DNA of 64,000 nucleotides, taken from Eledone cirrhosa. Its lineage: Eukaryota. Position 1 is the first letter of the stretch; each line of letters starts with the position of its first letter. Location of the stretch: contig OZ024740.1 in NCBI GenBank assembly GCA_964016885.1, positions 243,164,001 to 243,228,000 on the forward strand, written 5' to 3'. The notes under the pieces are model-generated. The model was not told where the DNA came from. It searched no databases and saw only the letters and a program-made list of their open reading frames with translations. A program made the position numbers and the translations under genes. Of the stretch, positions 53,356 to 64,000 are shown piece after piece.

Positions 53356-53426
53356 GATTTTTGATGTATTGAAGGCTTCTTTGTCTATTTTTATAATTTT
53401 TATAAATATATATATATATATATATA

Positions 53427-54011
53427 TCATCATCATCATCATCACCGTTTTACGTCCATTTTTCCACGTTAGCATGGATTAGACGAGTTGTCCTGTTGTG
53501 GGCAATGCTAGGTCAGGTGACTATGTCTTACGCACACAGAACTGATTTTGGCTTGGTTTCTACAGTTGGATGCCCTTCCTAACGCCAACTTCATTTACAG
53601 TGAGTACTGGGTGCTTTTTGTTGTGATACCTACATGACCACTTTGCAGTGTGGACTGGGTGCTTTTTATCATGACACCTACACAACCACTTTACAGAGTG
53701 AGCTGGACGCTTTTTACCATGTCACCATCAGGACCACTTTACAGAGTGAGCTGCGGGCTTTGCTAGATGTATACTTCAGCCTGTTGTCATGGGAGATGTA
53801 TGGGAGGTTGGGGTGGTGTGGTGCATACTGCATATATGCTTCAGCTTCAGCCTGTGCACATGGGAAGCCGGGTCTTCTGTATTACTGTGTAACGCCAGAG
53901 ATCTCAGTCCTGTGTTATCACTTTTAAAAGGTGCAATTGGGCAAGGTCGGCTTTTATCACCTCATCCCAGCTCTTCTTGGGTTTCTCCACACCAAGGCTT
54001 CCATCGACTTT
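53427..54011 (-). mobile_element. 5'-truncated RTE family A (C-terminus plus 3' UTR)
   Basis: (CAT)n, tandem UTR units, and the reverse complement of ggtgtggagaaacccaagaagagctgggatgaggtgataaaagccgacc. Confidence 0.85.
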
Positions 54012-54459
54012 GAGCCGTACGTGTGGCAGCAAGATTCAACACCCTGCCATACCAGCCGAAAGACCCAAGCCTGGCTGTCAGAGAACTTCGTCGACCACAC
54101 TTCACCTGACATCTGGCCTCCCAGCTCACCTGACTGCAACCCCCTTGACTTCTTTGTGTGGGGCGCAGTGGAACGAGACACCAACAGATCTAGCTGCGAT
54201 ACAAAAGACGATCTGAAGGCCAGGATCACAAGTGCCTTTAGGGGCCTAAGTCGGGGGACAGTGACGAAGGCCTGTAGCCGGTTTCGAGGCCGCCTTGAGG
54301 CCGTGATCAAAGCCAATGGCAGGCTTATCAAGTGAGATCGAAAGAACAAGTCATGAAGACAAACTGACCCAAGTTTGATAAATAAATCTTAAAAAATAAA
54401 ACTACTGTGTTATTTTTTCCTAGACAGTAATCTTGCGAACAAATATCGTCCGCACCCTG
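54012..54459 (+). mobile_element. maT-family (DD37D) Tc1/mariner transposon, 3' part
   Basis: YVWQQD-x37-D spacing (QQDSTPCHT...WPPSSPDCNPLDFFVW), stop at 54335, TIR end ...gtccgcaccctg|TA. Confidence 0.85.
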
Positions 54460-54494
<35 letters not shown>

Positions 54495-54613
54495 CCGTCG
54501 GGGTCTTGAACATTTTCCTACATACATCTATATATATATAGACATATATATATATATAGATACATATATACACATATATACACATATACATAAATGTATA
54601 TATATAAATACAT

Positions 54614-57280
54614 AAGCCTTCCCTAGTGAGGAATGTACATCCCAACATAGCTTAGTTGTCAGTGACCTCACGGTCAGAACTAGACGAGCCCTGAAACAGA
54701 GGCCAACCTGGAGAAGAAAGATCTGGAAGCTGAAAGTCCCCTCAACCAGTAACAGATTTAAAGATATTTTACTCAACGCCTACGACAGTAAAGAAGAACA
54801 GATAGAGACATTTAACGTAGAAGAGAACTGGGAGTTCCTAAAAAATAACTTACTAGAGGCGACGGATGAGGTTTGTGGCTGGAGTAAGACCTCAAGCAGG
54901 AGGAGAGTGACTTGGTGGTGGAACAATAAGGTAGATGAAGCAGTCAAGGCCAAGAGACAGGCATGGAAAGAATGGAAGAACGGGGGGAGCAGGGTACATT
55001 ACATAGAGACCAAGAGGGAAGCTAGGCGACAAGTATACTTAGCTAGGAGGGAAGCAGAGGATAGAAAATTCAAGCATGTTTTACAACGTGAGGACCAGAA
55101 ACAGGAGGTATTCAAGATTGCGAGGCAGTGTGTCAGAGATAGTTGTGATGTCATTGGAGAGAAGTGTATCCGGAATGATAAAGGTGAGCTTGCCCTCACA
55201 AGTGCTGAGAAGAAAGATGCATGGAAGAGTCATTATGATAGATTACTAAATGAGGAGAATGCATGGGAAGAAGAGACCCTACCCCACGTAGACCCTATAG
55301 AGGGACCAGCAGTACAAGTCAGCGGCAGCGTAGTAAGTAAGGCAATCAGAGATATGAAGATAGGGAAGGCAACCGGTCCATCGGGTATAGCTGCCGAGAT
55401 GCTGAAGGCATCTGGGTCTGTAGGTCACACTATAACCACACGTATCGTTAACCAGGTAATACTAGAGGGGGCCATACCAAAAGATTGGTGCAGTAGCATC
55501 ATTGTCAACTGCTACAAAGGTAAAGGCGATGCACTAGATAGAGGAAACTATAGAGGTATAAAGTTGATGGACCAGGTCATGAAAGTAACAGAAAGAGTTA
55601 TAGCACAGCTGATTAGGGACCGGGTGAATATAGACGAGATGCAATTTGGGTTTGTTCCAGGGAAAGGCACCACTGATGCGCTCTTCCTTGTGAGGCAATT
55701 ACAGGAAAAGTACCTAGCTAAAAGTAAGCCACTCTACTTGGCATTTGTCGACCTTGAGAAAGCCTTTGACAGAGTTCCACGTGCAGTAATCTGGTGGGCT
55801 CTTAGAAAACTAGGAGTAGATGAATGGCTTGTGAAAGCGGTACAAGCCATGTATAGGGGAGCAGTCAGCAAAGTTAGGATTGGCAATGAGTATAGCGAGG
55901 AATTTAGCGTACAGGTTGGGGTCCACCAGGGCTCTGTTCTTAGCCCTCTCCTGTTCATCATAGTCCTGCAGGCAATAACGGAGGAGTTTAAGACCGGATG
56001 CCCATGGGAACTCCTGTATGCTGATGACCTCGCACTCATAGCTGAATCTATGGTAGAACTAGAGAATAAATTCCAAACCTGGAAGCAGGGACTAGAGAGA
56101 AAGGGCCTCAAAGTCAACATGACAAAGACTAAGGTCCTTATAAGTAGACGAGAAAACAGAACCCAGATCCCCTCAGGGAAATGGCCTTGCTCAGTATGTA
56201 GGAAAGGTGTAGGTAGGAACTCCATTCTTTGCCCCAAATGCAAACAATGGGTACACAAGAGATGTAGCGGGATCTCAGGAAGCTTAATTAAGAATGTAGG
56301 ATTCACATGCAGCAGCTGTGCTGAAACAGCAAGCAAACAGCCACAGGAAACAAGTACCACCAATCTCTGGGAGGGCCCTGTAGAAACAGTAGACAGCTTC
56401 TGCTACCTAGGTGACCGAATTAGCAACGGAGGTGGGTGCTCAGAAAGTACAATAACTAGGGTAAGAACGGGATGGAAGAAGTTTAGGGAACTACTACCAC
56501 TGCTAGCTGCAAAAGGCTTCTCCCTCAGAATGAAAGGCAGACTGTATGATGCGTGTATCCGAACAGCGATGTTGCATGGTAGTGAGACCTGGGCGCTGAA
56601 GGTGGAAGACTTACGTAGATTAGAGAGAAACGAAGCCTGCATGCTCCGATGGATGTGTAACAGTAATATACGTGAACGACAAAGCATAAATGAATTGAGA
56701 GAGAGACTGAGCATAAGAGGAATCAAATGCTGCGTGCAGGAGAGGCGGTTACGCTGGTATGGACATGTGATGCGTATGAAGGATGACAGCTGCATAAAAA
56801 GGTGCAGAGCACTAGAAGTTGATGGAAACCGCGGAGTGGGGAGACCCAAGATGACTTGGGATGAGGTGATAAAAGCCGACCTTACCCAACTACACCTCTC
56901 AAAGTCAATGACACACGACCGTGACTTCTGGCGTCACGCAGTAATACAGGGTACCCGACCTCCCATGGGTACATGCTGAAGCATATAAACAATATGCCCC
57001 CCCCCCCCACCGCAAGGTGGTCGTGGAGGTGCCACGGCAAAAAAGCACCCAGCCCACACTGTAAAGTGGACGTGTAGGCGCCACGAAAAAGCACCCAGCA
57101 CTCACTGTAAATGAGGTTGGTGTTGGGAAGGGCATCCAGCTGTAGAAATCAAGCCAGATCAGTTCCTGTATGAGCAAGGCATGGTCAGCCGACCAGACAC
57201 TGCCCACAACAGGACAACCCGTCTAACCCATGCTAGCGTGGAAGAACGGACGTAAAACGGTGATGATGATGATGATGATG
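54614..57280 (+). mobile_element. Young 5'-truncated RTE family A LINE inserted in a (TA)n tract
   Basis: Stop-free frame from 54616 to 56979, complete 3' UTR and (GAT)n tail, TA microsatellite on both sides. Confidence 0.95.
54616..56979 (+). CDS. RTE reverse transcriptase with internal PHD-like finger (endonuclease lost by 5' truncation)
   Basis: [25 protein letters not shown] (56017), CSVC-CPKC-HKRC-CSSC, FCYLG and [12 protein letters not shown]. The frame stays open for 97 codons upstream of the listed GTG start. Confidence 0.9.
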   Translation, partial: AFPSEECTSQHSLVVSDLTVRTRRALKQRPTWRRKIWKLKVPSTSNRFKDILLNAYDSKEEQIETFNVEENWEFLKNNLLEATDEVCGWSKTSSRRRVTWWWNNKVDEAVKAKRQAWKEWKNGGSRVHYIETKREARRQVYLARREAEDRKFKHVLQREDQKQEVFKIARQCVRDSCDVIGEKCIRNDKGELALTSAEKKDAWKSHYDRLLNEENAWEEETLPHVDPIEGPAVQVSGSVVSKAIRDMKIGKATGPSGIAAEMLKASGSVGHTITTRIVNQVILEGAIPKDWCSSIIVNCYKGKGDALDRGNYRGIKLMDQVMKVTERVIAQLIRDRVNIDEMQFGFVPGKGTTDALFLVRQLQEKYLAKSKPLYLAFVDLEKAFDRVPRAVIWWALRKLGVDEWLVKAVQAMYRGAVSKVRIGNEYSEEFSVQVGVHQGSVLSPLLFIIVLQAITEEFKTGCPWELLYADDLALIAESMVELENKFQTWKQGLERKGLKVNMTKTKVLISRRENRTQIPSGKWPCSVCRKGVGRNSILCPKCKQWVHKRCSGISGSLIKNVGFTCSSCAETASKQPQETSTTNLWEGPVETVDSFCYLGDRISNGGGCSESTITRVRTGWKKFRELLPLLAAKGFSLRMKGRLYDACIRTAMLHGSETWALKVEDLRRLERNEACMLRWMCNSNIRERQSINELRERLSIRGIKCCVQERRLRWYGHVMRMKDDSCIKRCRALEVDGNRGVGRPKMTWDEVIKADLTQLHLSKSMTHDRDFWRHAVIQGTRPPMGTC

Positions 57281-57371
57281 ATATATATATACATAGATAC
57301 ATATATATATATATGTATATATACATATACATACATGTACACATATACATACATGTATATATATATATATA

Positions 57372-59485
57372 TTGTTATACTTTGGGAAGGTCATGTTGCC
57401 AATAAGAAACACACGCACCAGTTGCTTTCACTTCAATTTATTATAATAAATTTATAAATTTAGGAATTTATAAATTTCCGGTTGGTTGGTTGGTTCCACA
57501 ACCAGATGGTTGTTTATATAATGTCAAAGTTCTTTCGTCACACATTCTGTGATCTCTTCAGTGACTGGGGGTTCTTTTCTTTGTTTTTTGTGCCTCTCCT
57601 TTGTTCTGTCCTACGCCATCTTGTTTTTGGGTGTGTGTTGTGTGCTTAGTTTGTGCATGTGTTACATCCGGGTGTCTGTGTGTGTTTATATTCGTTTATT
57701 TATTTGTTTATTTACATGTTACTGGTTGGTTGTTTGTTCTATGTGCGTGTGTGTTTTCATTTTGTCCTTAATTGTAAGTTGTGATGTTGCTGTTCCACTC
57801 ATGTTTTCTATTTAATTTTGGTTGTAATTCATTGATGTTTATTGCCTCTGTGATTTGTCTAAACATTGCGTCTTTTCTGTGTGTAGATTCTATTTTTATT
57901 TCTATGTTCCCTAATTTACCCTTATGTTCTATTTTAGCATGTTGGTAGAGTACAGATGATTCTTTACTATCTTGAAGGTCTCGCCAGTGTTCATTTATCC
58001 GTTCCCCTATACTACGAGCTGTCTCACCTATGTACACTATATTTTTATCTCTACATTGTCCTTCAGTACATCTTATACTATATACTACATTTCTAGTTTT
58101 ACAGTTAATATGGGGGCTTAATTTACAGATTATACATTTCTTATCTATACAGGTAGGTCTTTGAAGAGGGTATGTCTTGCTAATAAGTGTTTTTACGGAG
58201 GTACCTGGTCTTTCTACTATCTTAATATTGAGTTTATATTTATCTAGGGCCCTTCTAAATTTGTAAGCTAATTCACCTCTAGGGGTTGTATCGATGAACA
58301 TTACACTCTGGTATTTATTGCTATCATACCATGAGTTTATTCTATTAGCCTTATTCCTAGTTCTTTCTATTCTATTCCAAAATTTGCTCCTACACAAGGG
58401 GCAGGTCCCATTTGTGTCATTATTTACCATTTTTTCCCATTTGGTTCTGGCTCCTCTATACACTCTGATTTTATCTCTCTGATTGTAACCAGAGAACTGC
58501 ATACGGTGGATGAAGTGTTGTATGTGTCTCTCTAGTTCTTCGGGGTTGCACATGCGGGACATGTTTCTCATCACCCATACCAAATCCGCAATCAGTATGT
58601 TGATTTTGGTATGGTCCGAAACAGCTGAGTTTCGGTGGATCAGATATTTGGAAGTCATGGGTTTGGCATAATGGGAATGGAGGATTTGTTTTTTGTTATT
58701 AATGGTATCTAACCAGAGCTCTGTGTCTAGTACAGGTAATCGATGGTTTGCTTGGGTAGTCTATAGTAACTCTAATACTCTGGTGGATGGAGTTAGCTAT
58801 TTGCTGGATGCTTTCCATTGTGTTTTTCTCTAATTCCTGACTGTTCTCTAGTGGGGGTGTTTTAACTACGATGTTTATATCATCAACATAGCGGGAGTAC
58901 ATTATCAGGGTTAAGGGGTCTTCTAATTGTTCTTTAAGTTTAAGTTTAAGTCTACTGTCCCACCATACCATGAATAAGTTAGCTATGTTGCCTGCAATGC
59001 TAACACCAATGGCTGCTCCCTCCTCTTGGGCATATGTTTTTCCATTAAATTTGAACATATGTTCCTTAAGGGTTAATTTTATGCTGGCCCCCACCGCATG
59101 TGCAATCATTTTCTTTAGTTCATCGTGGTTTTCGGAGGTCCGTATGGCTCTGGTCCACCCGTTCCATCTATCTGTGTGGGTTTTATTGGCCATTGAGGTA
59201 ATGGTAGGTGGTCTGCCTCTTGCTGGTCTTGTAGGGCACAGGTTGCTAAGGTCATATGTGTCGAGATAATTATTACTATAGGTAAGTTTAAGTAGGAGTC
59301 CCAGCTCACTGGTATCAATCCCACGGAATTCAACATAGCTCTCACTGATCATTTCTACGCATTTCTCCACAGCAAAATCCACGTCAATAGATGGATACAG
59401 GGACACAACATCCATACTACCTATTATGCAGTTTGTTAGGTCCCTAGATCGGTTACTCTCGCCGATTCTGCTGAGGAGATCCTCC
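57372..59485 (-). mobile_element. 5'-truncated Penelope-like element (RT plus C-terminal GIY-YIG plus HHR-bearing 3' pseudo-LTR)
   Basis: MDVVSLYPSI, QEEGAAIG and YSRYVDD (58699-59415). After a frameshift, CIIC...CKTRNVVYSIRC...YIGETARSIGERINEH...RQITEAINI...LNRKHEW (57768-58658). Flanked by (TA)n. Confidence 0.92.
57523..57565 (-). ncRNA. Type-I hammerhead ribozyme in the PLE 3' region
   Basis: Minus strand: GTCA CTGAAGA gaTCACAgaatgTGTGAc GAAA GAAC TT TGAC. Same strand as the PLE ORF. Confidence 0.8.
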
Positions 59486-59563
59486 TATATATATATATAT
59501 ACATATATATATATACATACACAATATATTAATAAATGGAAACTATATTTATAAAACCATATT

Positions 59564-59629
59564 TATTTTATTATACATATTTCAAGGGCAACCAAGGCAA
59601 ATTATGGTGTGCTTTCATCAGATAAAATA
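59564..59629 (-). ncRNA. Type-I hammerhead ribozyme (left arm)
   Basis: Minus strand: TATTTTAT CTGATGA AAGcacACC...GGTtgccCTT GAAA TAtgTA TA ATAAAATA. Confidence 0.8.
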
Positions 59630-61114
59630 CAGATTTGTTTTATAAATAAATATTGGCATACCCGGAAGAAATATGCATTGAAGAAATATTCTTTATACTA
59701 AAATCTAAGAACTCTATTAATTTGCGAAATAATTTATTTAGTTCCTGCAAACATCGTTTAAACTCAACTTTTAAATATATATATATAAAATGTAATATAT
59801 GACTTATCTCCTTTACATAATGTCTTCTATATCTATATATGATTCATATATTTAATTTACTTTCTATTATCTCTACCTCACATATATATACTATATACTT
59901 TATATTATTATACCTATCGATAGATTATAAAAAAATTTTATATGACTGCTTGAAACTCCCTTAAGAAAAATTTTTTCTTGAAAAACTTACGGAAGGTTTT
60001 AAGAAAAATCTTTTGAAAATTCCTTTGAAAGATATAGAAAAACCATTATTTTCATACCTTCCAATATTTTTATATTTTTATATCTTCAAACGTTTTTAAT
60101 ATATATATCCAAATGTTTATATATATGTGGAAAAACATGATTTTTATATATAGGTTTTTTTTATATATATATGTGGAATAACCTATGGTTTATGCTTTAA
60201 ATATATTCTTAAGATAAATCTTTTTAATTTTTTAACTTTATAGCAAGTAAATTTATGACTTTGTATAAAATAACATATGGTTCATGTTTTAATTATATTC
60301 TTAAGATAAAAAGTTTTTAACTTTTTAACTTTATAACATTTAATCCTTAGAGTCATCTGAGTTCTTAAAAAAATCACTTCTAACTTCCTTTACACTTCCT
60401 TACTGTTTTTATAATGTAACTAAATGGTTATTCTTTTGTAAACTCTCGAAAATTTTTCATAAATTTAGAATTATTTGGATGTTTAAATTTTGACTTACAA
60501 CTTTTAATAAAATAAACTATACTAGATATGCTTTAATGTAAAATACTATATATTTATTTAAATAATTTATAATCCTTAACATACACATTTAAACTAATTA
60601 TTAATATTAAATTATTAAATTAAATCTTTAATATTAAGGTAAATTTTAATCTTTAATTTTGATTTCTAATTTTAATTTAATTTTAATCTAATTTTTCAAC
60701 CTATCATTATAAGTATTATAATCAAAACGTAATGAACCCTGCATTATAAATATTATTCTTGCACGTTAATCTCATTTCTTCTTTCACTTAGATATACTTA
60801 CGGTGTGTATATTTATCCTTTGAAACTTATTTCTTCATGCACTCTATTTTCACTATCAATATATATAATCGTTCTTTCTCCTTTCTTTTTTCTTTTTTTT
60901 CTTTTTTTCTCTCTCCCTTACATATCATCTTCTTCCAACAGTTTAATTTAAATAAACCGTTATCTTTTCAACCTTTCGGACACTCATTTGCATACTCACT
61001 CATAACTTTGTATCACCCTCAATAAATGTACTATCTCCACTATCCAGGAAGCTCCAACCGTTAAGGTTGTCTTTTTTTCCAGGTATGTCAATATTTATTT
61101 ATAAAACAAATCTG

Positions 61115-61180
61115 TATTTTATCTGATGAAAGCGCACCATAATTTGCCTTGGTTGCCCTTGAAATATGTATAATAAAATA
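61115..61180 (+). ncRNA. Type-I hammerhead ribozyme (right arm)
   Basis: Stem I TATTTTAT/ATAAAATA, CTGATGA at 61123, stem II AAGcGCACC/GGTtGCcCTT, GAAA at 61161, stem III ATA-tg-TAT, cleavage predicted after 61172. Confidence 0.82.
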
Positions 61181-61579
61181 AATATGGTTTTATAAATATA
61201 GTTTCCATTTACTAATATATTGTGTATTTACTCCACTAATCTGTTGAGTGCTTATCAGTTATAAACATTTTTTAAGCTTGTTGAATCCCAACAAATTAAA
61301 TATAACCTCTGCATATATACATACATATATATACACATATACATACATATATATATATATATACATATATATATACATAAATATATATATACACATATAT
61401 ATATACATATATATATATACATATATATATACATGCATATATAGCTTCTGCCTTCTATCTTTGCACACGGCACTGGACAGAATTGCTTCTACAGCATTCA
61501 TTCTCATCTCGGGAACAATTTTGAATAACGGCAGTTCGTAATTCGAACTCGGGAATTTTATATTCTCCGAGTGAAAAGA

Positions 61580-61665
61580 ACCTTCTGACGACAGTCTTTC
61601 TTTTCAATGGAGGCCCGTAAGCACTATCCATTTATTTTTGAGACTCGAAACCGTACGGTAAAGGT
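61580..61665 (+). ncRNA. Type-I hammerhead ribozyme with long stem II
   Basis: ACCTT CTGACGA cAGTCT...AATGGA...TCCATT...AGACTc GAAA CCG ta CGG TA AAGGT. Confidence 0.85.
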
Positions 61666-61720
61666 AACCATAGCAGGAACAGTGAATTTTTTAAAACTTT
61701 TTCTTATTTGCTAAATCTTG

Positions 61721-61860
<140 letters not shown>

Positions 61861-61976
61861 TATACATATACATACATGTATATATATATTTATATATATA
61901 TACATACATGTATATATATATATACATACATGTATATACATATATATATATATATATTATATATATATATATATTA

Positions 61977-62040
61977 TGGAGGCACATAGCTTAGTGGTTA
62001 GAGCATTGACTTTGCAATCGAAAGGATGTGTTGTTTCCTT
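61977..62040 (+). mobile_element. Truncated tRNA-derived SINE head
   Basis: A-box-like tagcttagtggttagagcattgact. No B box and no complete cloverleaf. Confidence 0.5.
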
Positions 62041-62059
62041 GACGTAAAAATTATGATGA

Positions 62060-62099
<40 letters not shown>

Positions 62100-62168
62100 A
62101 TATATATATACTTACATATATATATATATACATACATATATATATATACATACATATATATATATACG

Positions 62169-62201
<33 letters not shown>

Positions 62202-62538
62202 ATACATAGATATATATATATACATGGTGGCTGCCAACTCGTTTTCGAGTATGGCCACTACTTTATATCCATGTAGGAGAATCCCTACCGATGCGCTGAA
62301 TGAGTGTGACTTTTTAGTCCAGCCAGCGACTTGAAAACTCTGGTACAAACACTACACTTGTGACAATTATTGATACATAGTGCTGGACCCATGGCTTCAT
62401 GTGACGACAAGTGCAGAGAGATCTCCAGATATAAAGCAATGCCTGTGCCGTGAAGCTTTTATAGTGAGCAAAGGCAAATATGTTGATTTAAAACTGAACT
62501 ATCCACAAGTGTTTTTTAACCTTCATATCATGTCTTCC

Positions 62539-62609
62539 TGTTTTATCTGATGAAAACACAAATATTATTGCATGATGATATTTGTTTTTGAAATGCGCAT
62601 AATAAAATA
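62539..62609 (+). ncRNA. Type-I hammerhead ribozyme
   Basis: TGTTTTAT CTGATGA AAAcACAAATAT...ATATTTGTtttt GAAA TGCGCA TA ATAAAATA. Confidence 0.85.
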
Positions 62610-62639
62610 CATGGCACTCTTTTAACCATCTTTTGTTCT

Positions 62640-62692
<53 letters not shown>

Positions 62693-62756
62693 CATATATA
62701 TACATACATACATGCATATATATATATATATATATACATATACATACATGCAAACA

Positions 62757-63393
62757 TTGTCTCCTTCCTTCTACGGTTAGCTCTACTCTTTGTTGTTTTC
62801 TTGTCTCACTCGCTTTACGCGTTTTAATTGTCCTAATAACTTAATTTAGTTATTATTGCACCGACGTGAGGTATATGATTTTTAATGCAATGAAATATCT
62901 ATGATCGTCGGCAAATCACTGATGAGGGACTTATTTTATTACATGTTATCCATGTGCTACCAGCAGTATTTTTCTCCCCATTTTATTACATATATTTACC
63001 CAAACTGCGATTCTGTTTTTCTCTCTCTCTCTCTCTTACTGCTCCCCCATTCTCTCTGTTTCTCCTACTTTCATTCGCCCCCTCTGTCATGTCAGTTAAC
63101 TCTTCCTCACACTTCCACTCACTCACTCACTGTTTCTCCTCTCCTCACTTCACCCCGTTCGCGAAGAAAGCAATTTCTCTCTTTTCTCACATTGCATTCG
63201 TTCGTGAAAGGTCTTTTTTCTAAGCGCTCATATATTCACCTAGCTTATGCTAACAGAATAACTATGAAGCTTGTCTCCTTCCTTCTACGGTTAGCTCTGC
63301 TCTTTGTTGTTTTCTTGTCTCACTCGCTTTACGCGTTTTAATTGTCCTAATAACTTAATTTAGTTATTATTGCACCGACGTGAGGTATATGAT
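62757..63393 (+). repeat. Non-coding element with 123-bp terminal direct repeats (514-bp period) between TA/TACA microsatellites
   Basis: 62757-62879 and 63271-63393 differ at one position by eye. CTGATGA at 62919. Confidence 0.85.
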
Positions 63394-63475
63394 ATATATA
63401 TATATATACATACCTATATATATATATATATATACAGCAAGCAAACAGCAATACCTATATATATATATATATATA

Positions 63476-64000
63476 CAGCAAGCAAACAGCAAGCAAACAG
63501 CCACAGGAAACAAGTACCACCAATCTCTGGGAGGGCCCTGTAGAAACAGTAGACAGCTTCTGCTACCTAGGTGACCGAATTAGCAACGGAGGTGGGTGCT
63601 CAGAAAGTACAATAACTAGGGTAAGAACGGGATGGAAGAAGTTTAGGGAACTACTACCACTGCTAGCTGCAAAAGGCTTCTCCCTCAGAATGAAAGGCAG
63701 ACTGTATGATGCGTGTATCCGAACAGCGATGTTGCATGGTAGTGAGACCTGGGCGCTGAAGGTGGAAGACTTACGTAGATTAGAGAGAAACGAAGCCTGC
63801 ATGCTCCGATGGATGTGTAACAGTAATATACGTGAACGACAAAGCATAAATGAATTGAGAGAGAGACTGAGCATAAGAGGAATCAAATGCTGCGTGCAGG
63901 AGAGGCGGTTACGCTGGTATGGACATGTGATGCGTATGAAGGATGACAGCTGCATAAAAAGGTGCAGAGCACTAGAAGTTGATGGAAACCGCGGAGTGGG
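63476..64000 (+). mobile_element. 5'-truncated RTE family A copy running off the window end
   Basis: 63486-64000 appears identical by eye to ~56326-56840. Confidence 0.95.

Larger units (their letters stand above)
53033..53401. mobile_element. Fold-back element: ~140-bp inverted arms, ~89-nt spacer, HHR in each arm
   Basis: 53033-53172 is the near-perfect reverse complement of 53262-53401. (TA)n lies immediately to the right. Confidence 0.92.
59517..61227 (+). mobile_element. PLE-derived element: inverted ~155-bp HHR arms enclosing the last PLE codons and a long AT-rich UTR
   Basis: 59517-59671 is the near-perfect reverse complement of 61073-61227. 59674-59763 translates CIEEIFFILKSKNSINLRNNLFSSCKHRLN, similar to the C-terminus of some PLE GIY-YIG domains. 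Confidence 0.85.

Noticed and set aside
61977-62040. tRNA gene
   Set aside because: Only an A-box/D-arm-like part is present, with no T-arm or acceptor stem. Treated as a SINE head.
62395-62456. SECIS-like hairpin (GTGA...TGAA) upstream of an HHR
   Set aside because: Helix II pairing is poor and there is no linked ORF with an in-frame UGA.

Overview
Eukaryotic, AT-rich, repeat-dense intronic or intergenic DNA. The SINE, RTE and microsatellite content resembles octopod cephalopod genomes, but this is an inference. No host protein-coding gene could be supported. The window is a patchwork of mobile elements: a degenerate CR1-type LINE with a PHD-finger ORF1; five or more RTE-clade LINE copies, one with an uninterrupted RT ORF and a seemingly identical second copy, and with a C4HC3 PHD-like finger inserted just after the RT core; an RTE-superfamily LINE with a twin-priming 5' inversion and a 12-bp TSD; RLE-type (R4/Dong-like and CRE-like) fragments; mariner (DD34D-type) and maT (DD37D) relics; piggyBac-type MITEs; tRNA-derived SINEs; and several Penelope-like element (PLE) fragments. 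The most striking signal is about a dozen minimal type-I hammerhead ribozyme (HHR) motifs, some intact and some degenerate. Four loci are fold-back (inverted-repeat) elements with an outward-facing HHR core in each arm, sitting in or beside (TA)n tracts. A dense cluster of sequence-diverse HHR elements lies at 57.4-63.4 kb.
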